Source of the DNA: Ignavibacteriota bacterium
Lineage (GTDB): Bacteria; Bacteroidota; Ignavibacteria; UBA10030; UBA6906
Assembly: GCA_963801355.1 (NCBI GenBank)
Contig: CAWDEM010000004.1
Location: forward strand, 1,152,001 to 1,216,000
Direction of reading: 5' to 3'
DNA: 64,000 nt
The notes below the pieces were generated by a model that worked only from the letters and a program-made list of their open reading frames with translations, did not search any database and was not told the DNA's origin. Numbering within the stretch: position 1 is the stretch's first letter; each line of letters begins with the position of its first letter. A program made the translations under genes and the position numbers. Shown one piece after another: positions 19,453 through 30,700 of this stretch.

Positions 19453-21037
19453 AGAAGTACACTTTCACGCCGAGCGCACGCATGGCCGCTGCCTTCGCAT
19501 ACATTGCCCGCCGTGCCCCGGCTGCGTCCGGAGCGTACGCCACCTGGATGTGGTTGGACTGGTGGCGGGCCATCATCTGGTCGCGGCTGACTCCCTGCAG
19601 CACCGCATGCATGATCGGCCATTCCGGATTCGTTTGGTTCCAGCGATCGCGTGTTTCCTCTTCCGGAAGAGCCACTGTTTCGCCGAGTCCGATGTCGCAG
19701 TGCAACGCATGGTCTTTCACGAATACACGGCTCCAGACGATTGGTCCCGGTTTGCTGACCCCCTTCAGTGTTGCTCCCCCGAGCCGGAAAAACATCGGAG
19801 GTTGCCGTTCGCCGACAGCACCACGATACCCGTCGACGAGATGGGCAGGCGGGACAGCTCCCGAGATTTCGAACACCCAGACGAACTTCTCGCGCCCGTT
19901 CACAGCAGAGGTGCGGCCCCAGCGGACATCGTGCAAGGTTGTTTCGGGGGAGAATCCCAGCTGGCGCCAGAGGCGATAGGTCACGAGGGCGTCCAGGCCC
20001 GCACATTCGTCCACTTCGTTGAAATGAGGTAGAGCTTCGCCCTCGTACAGCTCTCTGCCCGACTGCTCATGGAGCACCGGAGGACGTTCCACGTTATTCA
20101 ATAGACCCTCCACCAGGTCCGAAGCAGGGACAAGGTCCTTCAGCCCTTGCTGATACTGGATGCCGATGGTGTCACAGCCGAATTCATCGGCAATCCGCAA
20201 GGCGGCGATGTACATCTTGCACTGCTGCAGCACCTGTGCTTCCGTCAGATCGGTTGCCTCATCGTGGCCGAACTCGAATCGCATGCCGCGCTGAATGATC
20301 CAATCGAACACTTTCCGTGCTTCGTCATCGCCGACGGTGCGCATGCGGGCATAGAGGGTAGACTGGCTGAGCCGCTCCTTGAACACACCTGTCGCATGAA
20401 GGAGTTCATCGGGGATAATGGCATTGTACATGCCCATGCAACCCTCGTCGAAGATGCCCATGATGGCCTTGCGCTTGAGCAATGTCGCGGCAACAGCGAT
20501 GCCTGTCTTTGCGGCGGCGGCAGGAACGCGGACCTTGTTGTACGGCGTGACGTGCGAAGTGTCGTGCCGTAGTGTGCCGGTCTTGAGCCAGCGGGCCAAC
20601 CCTTTCATGAAGAAAGGATCGGTGAAGTCCTCGCTCCAGAGTGTGCTGAACGCCACCCCCGCTTTGGTGAGCGAGGCATTCAGGTTCAGCATACCCACCA
20701 GGCCTGGCCATGTTCCGCTCCAGTTGGCGACGGTCAGGATGGGGCCACGATGGGTGAGCAGACCCGCGAGGACATGGTGCGTATATTGCCAGACGGATTC
20801 AGCGACGATGAGCGGCGCAGTCGGCGGAATTGCGGCAAAAACTTCCATACCGTACTTCTGGCTGTCAATAAAACCGTGCTGTTTCACCGGATCGTACGGG
20901 TGTGCCCGGACTACGGTGCCGCCGAGCTTCTTTACCGCCGAGGTGACTTGCGCCTCCATTGCTGCCTGTGCGGGCTCGCATTTCTGATTGGCGGCCGGCC
21001 GTAGATCACCGCTGGCGACAAGGTATATGGATTTCAT
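19439..21037 (-). CDS. L-fucose/D-arabinose isomerase (FucI)-like protein
   Basis: [57 protein letters not shown] resemble the FucI/AraA family. Confidence 0.7.
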   Translation of the reverse strand: MKSIYLVASGDLRPAANQKCEPAQAAMEAQVTSAVKKLGGTVVRAHPYDPVKQHGFIDSQKYGMEVFAAIPPTAPLIVAESVWQYTHHVLAGLLTHRGPILTVANWSGTWPGLVGMLNLNASLTKAGVAFSTLWSEDFTDPFFMKGLARWLKTGTLRHDTSHVTPYNKVRVPAAAAKTGIAVAATLLKRKAIMGIFDEGCMGMYNAIIPDELLHATGVFKERLSQSTLYARMRTVGDDEARKVFDWIIQRGMRFEFGHDEATDLTEAQVLQQCKMYIAALRIADEFGCDTIGIQYQQGLKDLVPASDLVEGLLNNVERPPVLHEQSGRELYEGEALPHFNEVDECAGLDALVTYRLWRQLGFSPETTLHDVRWGRTSAVNGREKFVWVFEISGAVPPAHLVDGYRGAVGERQPPMFFRLGGATLKGVSKPGPIVWSRVFVKDHALHCDIGLGETVALPEEETRDRWNQTNPEWPIMHAVLQGVSRDQMMARHQSNHIQVAYAPDAAGARRAMYAKAAAMRALGVKVYFCGVR

Positions 21038-21145
21038 GATTACGTTCTCTGATTGTGTGGAATGATGAACGTCCGTCAGTGACTCCGGTGAGATACACAT
21101 TGCGGATATTGGTCGAAATTACAGAAAAACATCGGGAAACACAAC

Positions 21146-21174
21146 TTGAAGTTGCCCATCATCCTCTCTACATT
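21146..21174 (+). promoter_or_regulatory. Putative promoter for the GHMP kinase/PrsW unit
   Basis: TTGAAG (21146-21151), 17-nt spacer, TACATT (21169-21174); SD AGGAG before ATG 21199. Confidence 0.45.
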
Positions 21175-21198
21175 GAAGTCCCAGGAAGGAGCCACACG

Positions 21199-22260
21199 AT
21201 GGAGCAAACCGGAATGAAACCACTCCGCGTCATCAACAGCGTCGCGCCGATCAGGATCGCCGACAACGGAGGCTGGACCGACACATGGTTTTCGGGTCAC
21301 GGCAAGATCTTCAACATCGGAGTCTATCCGTATGCCGAAGTGCAAGTAGAGGTCTTCCGCCACGACGGTCGTCAGGACCGGGTGATGATACAGGCGGAAA
21401 ACTACGGCGACCGGTACGCGGTAGTGCCCGACACCGGCCGCTGGAACAAGCATCCGCTGCTGGAGGCGGCGATTCACTACATGAAGGTCCCCAAAGACGT
21501 GACCCTCCAGGTCACAATCTTTTCCGAGGCACCCGCGGGAGCTTCAACAGGGACATCCGCCGCCGTTTCGGTGGCGCTGATTGCCGCACTTGACCTTCTT
21601 ACGCCCGGCCGGATGACACCGCACGAGATTGCCCAGGCGGCCCATCATGTCGAGATGCAAATGCTCGGGCTGCAGTGCGGCATACAGGATCAGATCTGTT
21701 CGGCGTTCGGGGGCATCAACTTCATCGAGATGAGGCAATTCCCCTGGGCGACGGTATCGCAGATACAGGTTTCCAATGCGATATGGTGGGAACTTGAACG
21801 GCGCCTGGTGCTGATCTTCCTTGGCCGGTCGCACGATTCGTCTGAACTCCACAAAAAGGTTATCAAGGAGTTGGAGGATGAAGGCCCTGATGCGCCTCGG
21901 CTTGCGGTGCTGAGGCTGACGGCGGAGAAATCGCGTGATGCAGTCTATGAAGGGGATTTCGAGGCGCTCGGGAGGGCGATGATTGAAAACACGGAGGCAC
22001 AATCGCACCTGCATCCCGAGCTTGTGAGTGCCGACGCCCGCCGTGTTATTGAAATCGCCAGGGCTCACGGCGCATTGGGGTGGAAGGTGAACGGAGCAGG
22101 GGGGCTTGGCGGCTCAGTGACAATTCTCTCCGGTGACACCTCGTTCGTCAAGCGGCATATGGTCAGGGAGATCGAGCAGGAAAACTCCCTATTCAAAAAC
22201 ATCCCGATTTACCTCAGCCGCTACGGAGTGCGGACCTGGGAGTCGATCCGCCCCCAATAA
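21199..22260 (+). CDS. GHMP-family sugar kinase (HddA / heptose-7-phosphate kinase-like)
   Basis: APIRIADNGGWTD, PAGASTGTSAA, GIQDQ..SAFGG, KVNGAGGLGG. Confidence 0.85.
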   Translation: MEQTGMKPLRVINSVAPIRIADNGGWTDTWFSGHGKIFNIGVYPYAEVQVEVFRHDGRQDRVMIQAENYGDRYAVVPDTGRWNKHPLLEAAIHYMKVPKDVTLQVTIFSEAPAGASTGTSAAVSVALIAALDLLTPGRMTPHEIAQAAHHVEMQMLGLQCGIQDQICSAFGGINFIEMRQFPWATVSQIQVSNAIWWELERRLVLIFLGRSHDSSELHKKVIKELEDEGPDAPRLAVLRLTAEKSRDAVYEGDFEALGRAMIENTEAQSHLHPELVSADARRVIEIARAHGALGWKVNGAGGLGGSVTILSGDTSFVKRHMVREIEQENSLFKNIPIYLSRYGVRTWESIRPQ

Positions 22261-22281
22261 CCGCAAGGCCGTTCACATACC

Positions 22282-23253
22282 ATGGTGCAGACTCTCCTCG
22301 CTGTTTCCGCGATCGTCCCCTCTGTGCTGCTCGTCTGGTATTTCCATGCCCGTGACGCCTATCCGGAACCGGCCCGCGTGATTTGGGCCACGTTCGGATT
22401 TGGGGTTCTCGCAGTCATTCCGGTGCTGGCTATCGGCATTCCGATCCATCTCGCGATTGCGAGGATCGAGCATCCTGTATTGGCGAGCGCGCTGGAAGCA
22501 TTCTTCGTAGCTGCTGTTCCCGAGGAGTTCTTCAAACTCGTGGTGCTCCTGTTCTACAGTATGCGCAAAGAGGCATTCGATGAGCCGATGGATGGGATCG
22601 TCTATGGCGTGGTTGCATCGCTGGGGTTTGCCGCCTTAGAAAACCTTCTCTACGTTGTGGACGGTGGAACAGGTGTGGCTTTTTCCCGCGCCTTCACCGC
22701 TGTTCCTCTCCATGCGTTTCTCGGCGCAATTATGGGCTACTACGTCGGGCAGGCCTGGAAGAACCCCGCGCGCCGGACTGCGCTCATCGTTCAGGGATAT
22801 GGTATCGCCGTCCTCCTGCATGGTGTCTATGACTTCCCGCTGATGACCATGAACGCGCTCGAGGGCGACCCGGAGCTTCTGCTGGCGGCAGCCACACTCG
22901 TCGTGCTCCTCATCTCGTGGAGTTGGGCGGTCCGGCTCAGCCGGGGCCTCCGGCGGGAACAATTGGCGCACATGGTGACCCGGGTAGCACCGGACGGCGG
23001 CGCTGTGATGAAGGCACCGGCGGTCCGGTCCCGCGTGATACCGATGATGCAAATCGCCGTGGGGGTCATAAGCGCAAGCATGGGCGGCATGGTCATGTTC
23101 GGCTTGCTTCTGGCGTTTTTCCTGGGCATCGTTGCCGTTGATGACACCGCGGATGTGGTGTCCGGTGGAGTGTTGATCGGAGTGTTGCCGCTGGTGGCCG
23201 GCGGACTGTTCTTCCGGTATGGCGTGCGTGGGTTGAACAACAGAGGGATCTAG
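22282..23253 (+). CDS. PrsW-family intramembrane protease
   Basis: PEEFFK, FDEPMDGIVYG, GFAALEN, VPLHA, LLHGVYD; multiple TM segments. Confidence 0.9.
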   Translation: MVQTLLAVSAIVPSVLLVWYFHARDAYPEPARVIWATFGFGVLAVIPVLAIGIPIHLAIARIEHPVLASALEAFFVAAVPEEFFKLVVLLFYSMRKEAFDEPMDGIVYGVVASLGFAALENLLYVVDGGTGVAFSRAFTAVPLHAFLGAIMGYYVGQAWKNPARRTALIVQGYGIAVLLHGVYDFPLMTMNALEGDPELLLAAATLVVLLISWSWAVRLSRGLRREQLAHMVTRVAPDGGAVMKAPAVRSRVIPMMQIAVGVISASMGGMVMFGLLLAFFLGIVAVDDTADVVSGGVLIGVLPLVAGGLFFRYGVRGLNNRGI

Positions 23254-24404
23254 TACACGCACTTCCTGGCTTCGTCTGCGAACGCCTCGAGCAGGGGAAT
23301 ATCCGCCTCGAAGAAGTGATCTGAAGGGCACAGGATGTAGCCGCCTCCGGGCCCCGCTTCACGGAAGCAGCGGCGGACTTCCGCGCGTGTCTCCGCGGGC
23401 GTGCACTTCGTGAAGAAATGGAACTGATCGAACCCTCCGATCATACAGACGCGGTCTCCGATCCTGCGCTTGGCCTCCCCGAGCAACGTGTCGCCCCCCA
23501 TGGCGGCGGGCGTGAATGTTTCCATGGCATCGGGTCCCATGCCCGCGATGATCTCGAGGAACGGCATCATCCCGCCGCATGTATGGTAGACGATCTTCTG
23601 TCCGACCGCGTGCGCACGGTCGATCAGTTGTGAGTCGTACGGTGCAACGAACGCGTTAAACACCCCGGGCGAGATCACCGTCGACGACGCATCGCCGCCT
23701 CCCAGTTCGATCACGTCAAACTGGGCTCCCCGCAATGAATCCACGAAACTCAACTTCCGCGCAAGAAGCACACGCAGGAATGCGTGCACCCATTCGGGGT
23801 CGTCGTATGTGGCGAGTATCAGGTTCTCGATGCCGAAAAGGACAGAGGCATCCTGCCAGCAACCCGGCTGGCCGTACAGATCAAAACAAACCATCGTGCC
23901 TCTAATCATCGCCCGCTCGCCTGTAGATGCGGAGATGGCGTTCACTGCCGCGACATCACACCGCGGCATGGGTGCGTGTGCCGCAATGACATCAATATCC
24001 GCGGGGTCTTTGACCAATCGTTCGCTGACCCATGTGGTGTGCTCATTACTCTGCAGAACGGTAGTGAGATCCTTCGTGGGCGTATGAACCGTGTAACGCA
24101 CGGTTACATACTGGGGATCCGGGAGAGTCGCAGACGTGATGCGCCATTGGTCCGAGACGATCCTGCGGGGTTCAAGAACCCCGGGGACATGGGAGGGATC
24201 GAAGTAGGCGCCGTGAGCCGTGTCAGGCGCGTGCTCTGCGACCCAAATAATCGGGTCGATACCGAAGCGGTCAAAAAACGCCTCGTTGTCTATTCCTCCC
24301 AGAACGCGATTGAGGAACGAGGGCATGAGATGATGTGTCGTCACGGGCAACCGGTCGGTTGCCCGCCGCTCGAGCGCGGCCCGGAAACGTTCTCTGACTG
24401 TCAT
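23250..24404 (-). CDS. Uroporphyrinogen decarboxylase / MtaA-like superfamily protein
   Basis: MTVRERF..AL.R..TDRLP N-terminus, DDPEWVHAFL, ISPGVF..FVAPY, YHTCGG, AKRRIGDRVCMIGGFD, GGGYILCPSDH. Confidence 0.85.
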   Translation of the reverse strand: MTVRERFRAALERRATDRLPVTTHHLMPSFLNRVLGGIDNEAFFDRFGIDPIIWVAEHAPDTAHGAYFDPSHVPGVLEPRRIVSDQWRITSATLPDPQYVTVRYTVHTPTKDLTTVLQSNEHTTWVSERLVKDPADIDVIAAHAPMPRCDVAAVNAISASTGERAMIRGTMVCFDLYGQPGCWQDASVLFGIENLILATYDDPEWVHAFLRVLLARKLSFVDSLRGAQFDVIELGGGDASSTVISPGVFNAFVAPYDSQLIDRAHAVGQKIVYHTCGGMMPFLEIIAGMGPDAMETFTPAAMGGDTLLGEAKRRIGDRVCMIGGFDQFHFFTKCTPAETRAEVRRCFREAGPGGGYILCPSDHFFEADIPLLEAFADEARKCVY

Positions 24405-24946
24405 TGAGTAATGACCGGCATCCTGTTGATGAGTGGATCAGTGAAGATATCCGAGGCGTCGTCACTTGAAGATGAAAACTCCGACACCACAGCGCCTCCC
24501 GGACCAGCCTGGAACCAGTGCAATGTGTTGGGTGGGAGCGTGTACTGGTCCCCGGGTTTCAGGACGATTTCATTGAACACCGTGAAGTGCTCTTTGCGCG
24601 CTTTCGGCACTCTGGCTTTGGGCCTGCGCAGAGCCGGGCCTTCGATATACAGATACAGGATGCCCCAACGGCACCTGAACGTCTCCTGTTTTCCCGGATT
24701 GTGCTCATCGCGCGGTGGATGGCGGTGTTCGGGGCATGTCTGGCGGGGCATAAGCACGATCTCTTTTGCACAGTACCGGTCGTTGTTTTCGTAGACAACA
24801 AGCTCCAGTCCGATTGTGTCGACCATTGCCAATCCAAAATCAGCCACTTCGATGTGCCGCGCCTCTTCCGGCGTGACGGCTATGTGCGCCTTCTTGAGAT
24901 ATTGAAGGGTGTTCTTTTGGATTTTGCGGACTTCAGATGCTTTCAT
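24401..24946 (-). CDS. D-lyxose/D-mannose ketol-isomerase (cupin fold)
   Basis: ADFGL, RYCAKE, QTCPEHRHP, KQETFRCRWG, HWFQAG, SEFSS, DIFTDP. Confidence 0.88.
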   Translation of the reverse strand: MKASEVRKIQKNTLQYLKKAHIAVTPEEARHIEVADFGLAMVDTIGLELVVYENNDRYCAKEIVLMPRQTCPEHRHPPRDEHNPGKQETFRCRWGILYLYIEGPALRRPKARVPKARKEHFTVFNEIVLKPGDQYTLPPNTLHWFQAGPGGAVVSEFSSSSDDASDIFTDPLINRMPVITQ

Positions 24947-26478
24947 GTTTCCTCCGAATTGTGACGTTCACCCCCGGACGGGGAGGGAGCATGGAGCCCC
25001 GACATCATACGCAACAGTTTTTCCTGCGATGCTTCGCCGCGCTGCAACTCGCCCACGATGCGTCCCTCACGCATCACGAGTATGCGTGTGGAGAGAGCAA
25101 GAATCTCGGGGAGTTCGGATGAAACGAGCAGGATACCCTTTCCCGATCCCGCCAGGTTGTCGATCAGCACGTGAATTGCCGCCTTGGCCCCGACGTCAAC
25201 CCCGCGTGTGGGTTCATCCAGCAGCAGAATGCGCGATGACCGGGCGAGCCATTTCGCGAGCACGATTTTCTGCTGGTTTCCTCCGCTCAGGCTGCCCGCT
25301 TCACTTTCAAATGATGCAGTCTTGATGCCGAGTTCTGCGAAGTGCTTTGTGAGAAGGAAGTTCTCCAACCGCCGGCGAAGGAACCCCGCCTTCGTGAGGA
25401 TCTCCAGAAGAGTGAATGAGAAGTTGAAGCGGCAGCTGAGCACCAGCGCAAGGCCGAATCGCTTCCGGTCCTCCGGCACGAAACCGAGACCTGCCTTCAT
25501 GCGCGTCCGCACAGACGCGCGGGAGATATCCTTGCCCTCCAGCGTGATCGTCCCGCGCGCGCGCAGATCAAGGCCGAACAGGGCCGTGGCGATTTCACTT
25601 CTTCCGGCGCCCACGAGTCCGGCAATCCCGACGATTTCTCCCGCCCGGATGGTCAACGCAACATCTTCGAACTTCCCCGGTGAGCTGAGATGCTCCACAC
25701 GCAGCAGATCGGGTCCGACAGGATTGTTGAGATGCGCCGGAAAGTACTCCTTCAGCTGACGCCCGATCATCATCCCGACGACGGCATCTTGAGTGGCTTC
25801 CGATTGCGTGAGTGTCCCGATCATGCGCCCGTCACGCAGCACACTGATTCTGTCGCACAGGGCGACCACTTCCGCCATACGATGGGAGATGTAGATGATC
25901 GTCACTCCGCGATCACGCAATGTGCCAATGAGCGCAAACAGCCGCCCGGCGTCGGCTTCCGAAAGCGCACTCGTGGGCTCATCGAATATCAGTACCCGGG
26001 CACCCGATCCGACCGCAGCGGCAATCTGGACAAGTTGGTGCTGTGCGACGGAGAGATGCCGCATTGTCTCCCGGACGTCGATCGAGGCCCCGATATCCCC
26101 GAGAAGTCGCGTGGCGGTCGTCCTCATCGCAGCACGGTCCACAAAGAACATCCGGCGACGCGGGTATTGTCCGAGGACCAGATTCTCGGCCACGCTCAGA
26201 TCCGGGCAGCACGCCGGCTCCTGTTGAACCATTCCGATGCCGGCCTTGCGGGCGTCGCGCGGGGAGGCAAAATACATAACCCGCCCCGCCATGCGTAACG
26301 TTCCCCCGTCGGGGGCATGGATGCCTGCCAGTATCTTTCCGAGCGTCGACTTCCCTGCGCCGTTTTCGCCCATAAGGGCATGGACCTCGCCCTGCCCTAG
26401 AGCAAGCGTCACCCCGTCCAGGGCACGTGTGCCCCCGAACGACTTGGAGACGGCTTCAATTTCGAGGAATGGATTCAC
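24943..26478 (-). CDS. Sugar ABC transporter ATP-binding protein (RbsA-like)
   Basis: GENGAGKST, FDEPT, YISH, GLVGAGRSE, LSGGNQQK, LDEPTRGVDVGAK. Start uncertain; GTG 26478 used. Confidence 0.92.
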   Translation of the reverse strand: MNPFLEIEAVSKSFGGTRALDGVTLALGQGEVHALMGENGAGKSTLGKILAGIHAPDGGTLRMAGRVMYFASPRDARKAGIGMVQQEPACCPDLSVAENLVLGQYPRRRMFFVDRAAMRTTATRLLGDIGASIDVRETMRHLSVAQHQLVQIAAAVGSGARVLIFDEPTSALSEADAGRLFALIGTLRDRGVTIIYISHRMAEVVALCDRISVLRDGRMIGTLTQSEATQDAVVGMMIGRQLKEYFPAHLNNPVGPDLLRVEHLSSPGKFEDVALTIRAGEIVGIAGLVGAGRSEIATALFGLDLRARGTITLEGKDISRASVRTRMKAGLGFVPEDRKRFGLALVLSCRFNFSFTLLEILTKAGFLRRRLENFLLTKHFAELGIKTASFESEAGSLSGGNQQKIVLAKWLARSSRILLLDEPTRGVDVGAKAAIHVLIDNLAGSGKGILLVSSELPEILALSTRILVMREGRIVGELQRGEASQEKLLRMMSGLHAPSPSGGERHNSEET

Positions 26479-26573
26479 ACCATGGTCTGGAAAATTTCGA
26501 ATCAATGTAGGAAGAAGGGGAGAGAACTGCAAAAGCTTGCTTCGCTCTGTTAGTTTTCGTAGCATACCACATT

Positions 26574-27617
26574 ATGACCGCACTCCCGGATCATCCCCAC
26601 CGAAGGTTCAATCCACTGACAGGCGAATGGATTCTTGTATCGCCGCAGCGCACGCAACGCCCGTGGCAGGGCAAAGTGGAGGCGATTGTCTCCGAGGTTC
26701 GCCAGGCATACGATCCACACTGCTATCTCTGTCCCGGCAACATGCGGTTTGGCGGTGCGCAGAACCCCCGCTACGAGCAGACATTCGTGTTCACCAATGA
26801 CTTCAGCGCGATGATACCACTGAAGGCACATTTGACGATGCAGGATGGCGATCTTCTCCGCGCCGAAAGTGAATCCGGCGTCTGCCGGGTCGTCTGCTTT
26901 ACACCCCGCCACGATCTGACGCTTTCCGGTTTGGCAACGCATGAGATTACCGGTGTCGTCAATGCCTGGACGGAAGAATATCGCACGCTCGCCGGCCTTG
27001 AAGATATTGCGTATGTCCAGATATTTGAAAACAAGGGTGAACTCATGGGATGCAGCAATCAGCATCCCCACGGGCAGATCTGGGCGCAGTGCACGATTCC
27101 CGTGATCCCGGCCATGGAACAGGCCCGGCAGCAGGAATACCGCAACGGGCACGCCTCTTGTCTCTTGTGCGACTACGCGGTCCTTGAGCGTTCCCGGGAG
27201 GAGCGTCTGGTGTGCAGTAACGATCACTTTGTAGCGCTGGTCCCGTTCTGGGCTGTCTGGCCGTTCGAGACCCTTCTCCTTCCGCTCCGTCACAGGTCGT
27301 CGTTGCTCGACTTTACGGGCGAGGAACGCGCAGCCCTGGCGGACCTTCTCCGGCGGCTCTCCCTGCGCTATGACAATCTCTTCGGCGTCTCCTTCCCTTA
27401 TTCAATGGGAATACATCAATCGCCGACGGATGCCCTCCCGCACCCTGAGTGGCACCTCCATTTCCACTTCTATCCGCCGCTCCTGCGCTCGGCGACAGTC
27501 AGGAAGTTCATGGTCGGTTATGAGATGCTTGCGAATCCGCAGCGTGACGTGTCCCCGGAACTCAGTGCGGCCCGCCTTCGGGAATCCTCAGAACTCCTTC
27601 CTCCGTTGCCCGGTTGA
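26574..27617 (+). CDS. galT: UDP-glucose--hexose-1-phosphate uridylyltransferase
   Basis: HRRFNPLTGEW, RPWQG, CYLCPGN, FENKG..MGCSNQHPHGQ, PLLRSATVRKFMVGYE. Confidence 0.97.
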   Translation: MTALPDHPHRRFNPLTGEWILVSPQRTQRPWQGKVEAIVSEVRQAYDPHCYLCPGNMRFGGAQNPRYEQTFVFTNDFSAMIPLKAHLTMQDGDLLRAESESGVCRVVCFTPRHDLTLSGLATHEITGVVNAWTEEYRTLAGLEDIAYVQIFENKGELMGCSNQHPHGQIWAQCTIPVIPAMEQARQQEYRNGHASCLLCDYAVLERSREERLVCSNDHFVALVPFWAVWPFETLLLPLRHRSSLLDFTGEERAALADLLRRLSLRYDNLFGVSFPYSMGIHQSPTDALPHPEWHLHFHFYPPLLRSATVRKFMVGYEMLANPQRDVSPELSAARLRESSELLPPLPG

Positions 27618-27733
27618 CCCCATGCCCTTGCGGAGACTTCCATGCTAGCAATCCTCTCCCGGTACTTCGGGCTCGACGCCCATGGGACGACATTACTGTT
27701 TTTTGTGTTCTATCCATACTCGTGAGGGTTCCA

Positions 27734-30700
27734 ATGAACTATTGCAGGGTTGTCTGTGCGGGCGGCATGGTACTCGCTGTGCTGTTTGCCGTTGCTGCAC
27801 TTGCGCAGTCAAAGCCGATGGTGTTGACGAATCCGGGTTTCGAACTCGCCGATCAGTCCGGAAGAGCCACAGCGTGGTCCGTCCACGGGAGCACAGATGG
27901 TGTGACAACGGCCGTCGATCGCTCGGTGAGTCATTCCGGGAGCGCCAGTCTGATGTGCCACGCACCGGCGCCCGGATCCTGCACTGTCGCGTCCGCGCCC
28001 CTCACGCTCGTTGTCGGCCGTCTGTACCGGCTCGCCGTATGGATCAAGACGGACGGAGCCGTCGCGGACCCGACATCCCGGTATCCTACGGCGGTGTCTG
28101 CCACGGCAACAATGGCATCGTTCCCGTTTGAGACACATGCCACTGTAGTCGGTGGTACACATGACTGGACCAGGAGCGAGATACTGTTTTTTGCGACGCG
28201 GGCAGCGGATTCCGTCCTCCTGCATCTCGGCTTGAACGGCCGCGCGACCGGCAAGGCCTGGTTCGACGATGTAGAGGTCGAAGAGGTGGACGACATCGCC
28301 GCCTATGTCCCTCTGGAAACCGTAAAGTGGTTCGGACCCGCGTTCCGGTACACCGACAAGGGGTGGACATTCGTCCATATCGAAGGAGAACCGTACCAGC
28401 GGGGGTATCAGTACGGCTCGTTGCTCTCGCGTGAGATCGGGATATTCATCGACAAGCTCGCGATCCGGCAGAACGGCGACAACCCGCGTGCCGGCTGGGT
28501 TGAACTGCGTACGTTGACAGACGCCCTGCTGCTCCGCAAATACGACAAAGAGTATCTGGAAGAGATGAAGGGCATCGCGGATGGCGCGGCAAACGCCGGC
28601 GGCACGTCCGGCGGGCGTCCGATCGATCTGCTGGATATCGTTACCCTGAATTCCTCCGTGGATCTCGGTCAGCTGGGCAGCGCATTGAACGAGACCGCCC
28701 ATTCCCTCAGCGGCCGCAGCTTCAACAAGGAGCAGGAGGAAGCTCAGGCGGCCGAGCGGCTGCACAAATGTTCATCGTTTCTGGCCAATGGACCCGCAAC
28801 CACGGACGGCGGGATCGTCTTTGCACAGCTGTTCATGTGGGGAGGGTATACGGGCGTGCACTGGGATGTCATCTGTGACGTGCAGCCTTCCCGCGGACAC
28901 CGGCTTGTCTATGAAACCTTCCCGGGCGGCGTACACTCGGGTGCGGATTTCTATATCAACGATGCGGGCATCATGATCGGCGAAACAACCACGATGCAGA
29001 CACCGTTCGACATCAACGGTGAACCGCAGTCCTCCCGCATCCGGCGTGCGGCCCAATACGCCTCCAGCATTGACCAGGTGGTGAACATCCTGACTCAGAA
29101 CAACAACGGCCTGTACACGAACGATTGGTTGATCGGAGATGCGCGCACGAACGAGATTGCCATACTTCTGCTTGGCACGAAGAAGTGGAAACTCTGGCGC
29201 AGTTCCAGCGGTGAATTTCCGGGGGATACAAAGGGGTTCTACTGGAGCGTGAACAATGCAAAAGACCCCGAAGTCAGGAAGGAATTTGTGCCCGACCCTT
29301 CCAACGCGCCCTTTGACGTCGTGTACTCCAACGTAAACCGCGATCTTGCATTTACACAGTTCTATCAGCGTGAGAAGGGGAAGATCGACGCCGGGAGTGC
29401 TGTGCGTGTCATTGCCTCCTCACCGGTGAACCGCCCGCATGCCTGCGACGGCAAGGTGACGACGTCTGCAATGGCCTCGCATATGATGTTCCTTGCTCAT
29501 TACGGCAAGGTCACCCTGCGCGAAAAGATGCCGGAAAAGGGATCCAGGCTTATGCCCGATCTTCCCAATGTGATTCCGCATCTCTCCCTGGGCTATTCCG
29601 TCATCAACCCGGTGTACATTGTGGAAAAGGTGAAGGCCTCGCGGCGCATCCCCCCGCCCGACCGGAAGCCCGTGGTCGATCTTGCTGACGTGAAGGATAT
29701 ATACTCGTTTGACAAGCAGCGACTCTGGATCAACACCGTCTATCCGGCAACGGAAGGGGACAACTGGTTCGCCAGTGCAACAGCGGCATACTGGCAGATG
29801 CTCAATGGCATGACTGCTGATCCTTCCTCGACGATGCCCGTGCTGCGTGACGGCCTCGCCGAGATGAATTGCCGCCTGCTGTACACGGTGGCGCGCGAGG
29901 GCACCATGGTGCCGGTCAAGGCCCAACGGGTATACGACCGGTTCAACAACTATGTCATCCCGCGCATCCGGGGCACCTATGCGCTGCATCAGCTCCGCCT
30001 GGCCCTGGGCAATACCCCGTTTGCCGATGTCATGAACGCCGTGCATACCCGCTTCCGCGAGAAGCCGATGACCACGAAGCAGTTCATCGCGGCCGCGGAA
30101 GAGATCAGCGGTAAGCCTGTCGCCGCTCTTGTCCTGCCCTGGCTTGACCGCGACGATCTGCCGCAAGTGAGCGTTGCCGCTTCACTCTCCGGTGAAGACC
30201 TCGTGCTTCATATTCAACAAACCGGAACACCGTATCTCTTTTCGACGGCCGTGGAAATCGTGACCGACAAGGGGTCTGTATGGAAGCCGGTCGCCGTCAG
30301 GAGTGGGGACGAACGTGTCACCCTCCGGGTTGCCGGGACACCGCGCACCGTGGTGTTCAATGCGGGGAATGACATCCCGGTGCAGCGGATGGAGTACGCA
30401 ACATTCTCCAATTTCTTTGATGATTTTTCCAGCACGACGATTGTGTACGGAACCACACGGCAGATAGAGGCAAACCACACGGCCGCGTTGAAATTCCAGA
30501 CCGTACTTGCAGATCAATTTACCGAGATCTTCTCTCCGCTGCGGCAGGATGCGGAGATGAACCGTCAGGAAATGGCAAAAGGAGACCTGATCGTCCTCGG
30601 AGGGGCGTCCGATAATAGTCTTGCCGCCTTGTGCGCCGGGAATGCCGGTTTGACGCTGGGACAGAACTGGTTCCGCTGGCGCGGTAGGCTCTACGCCGAG

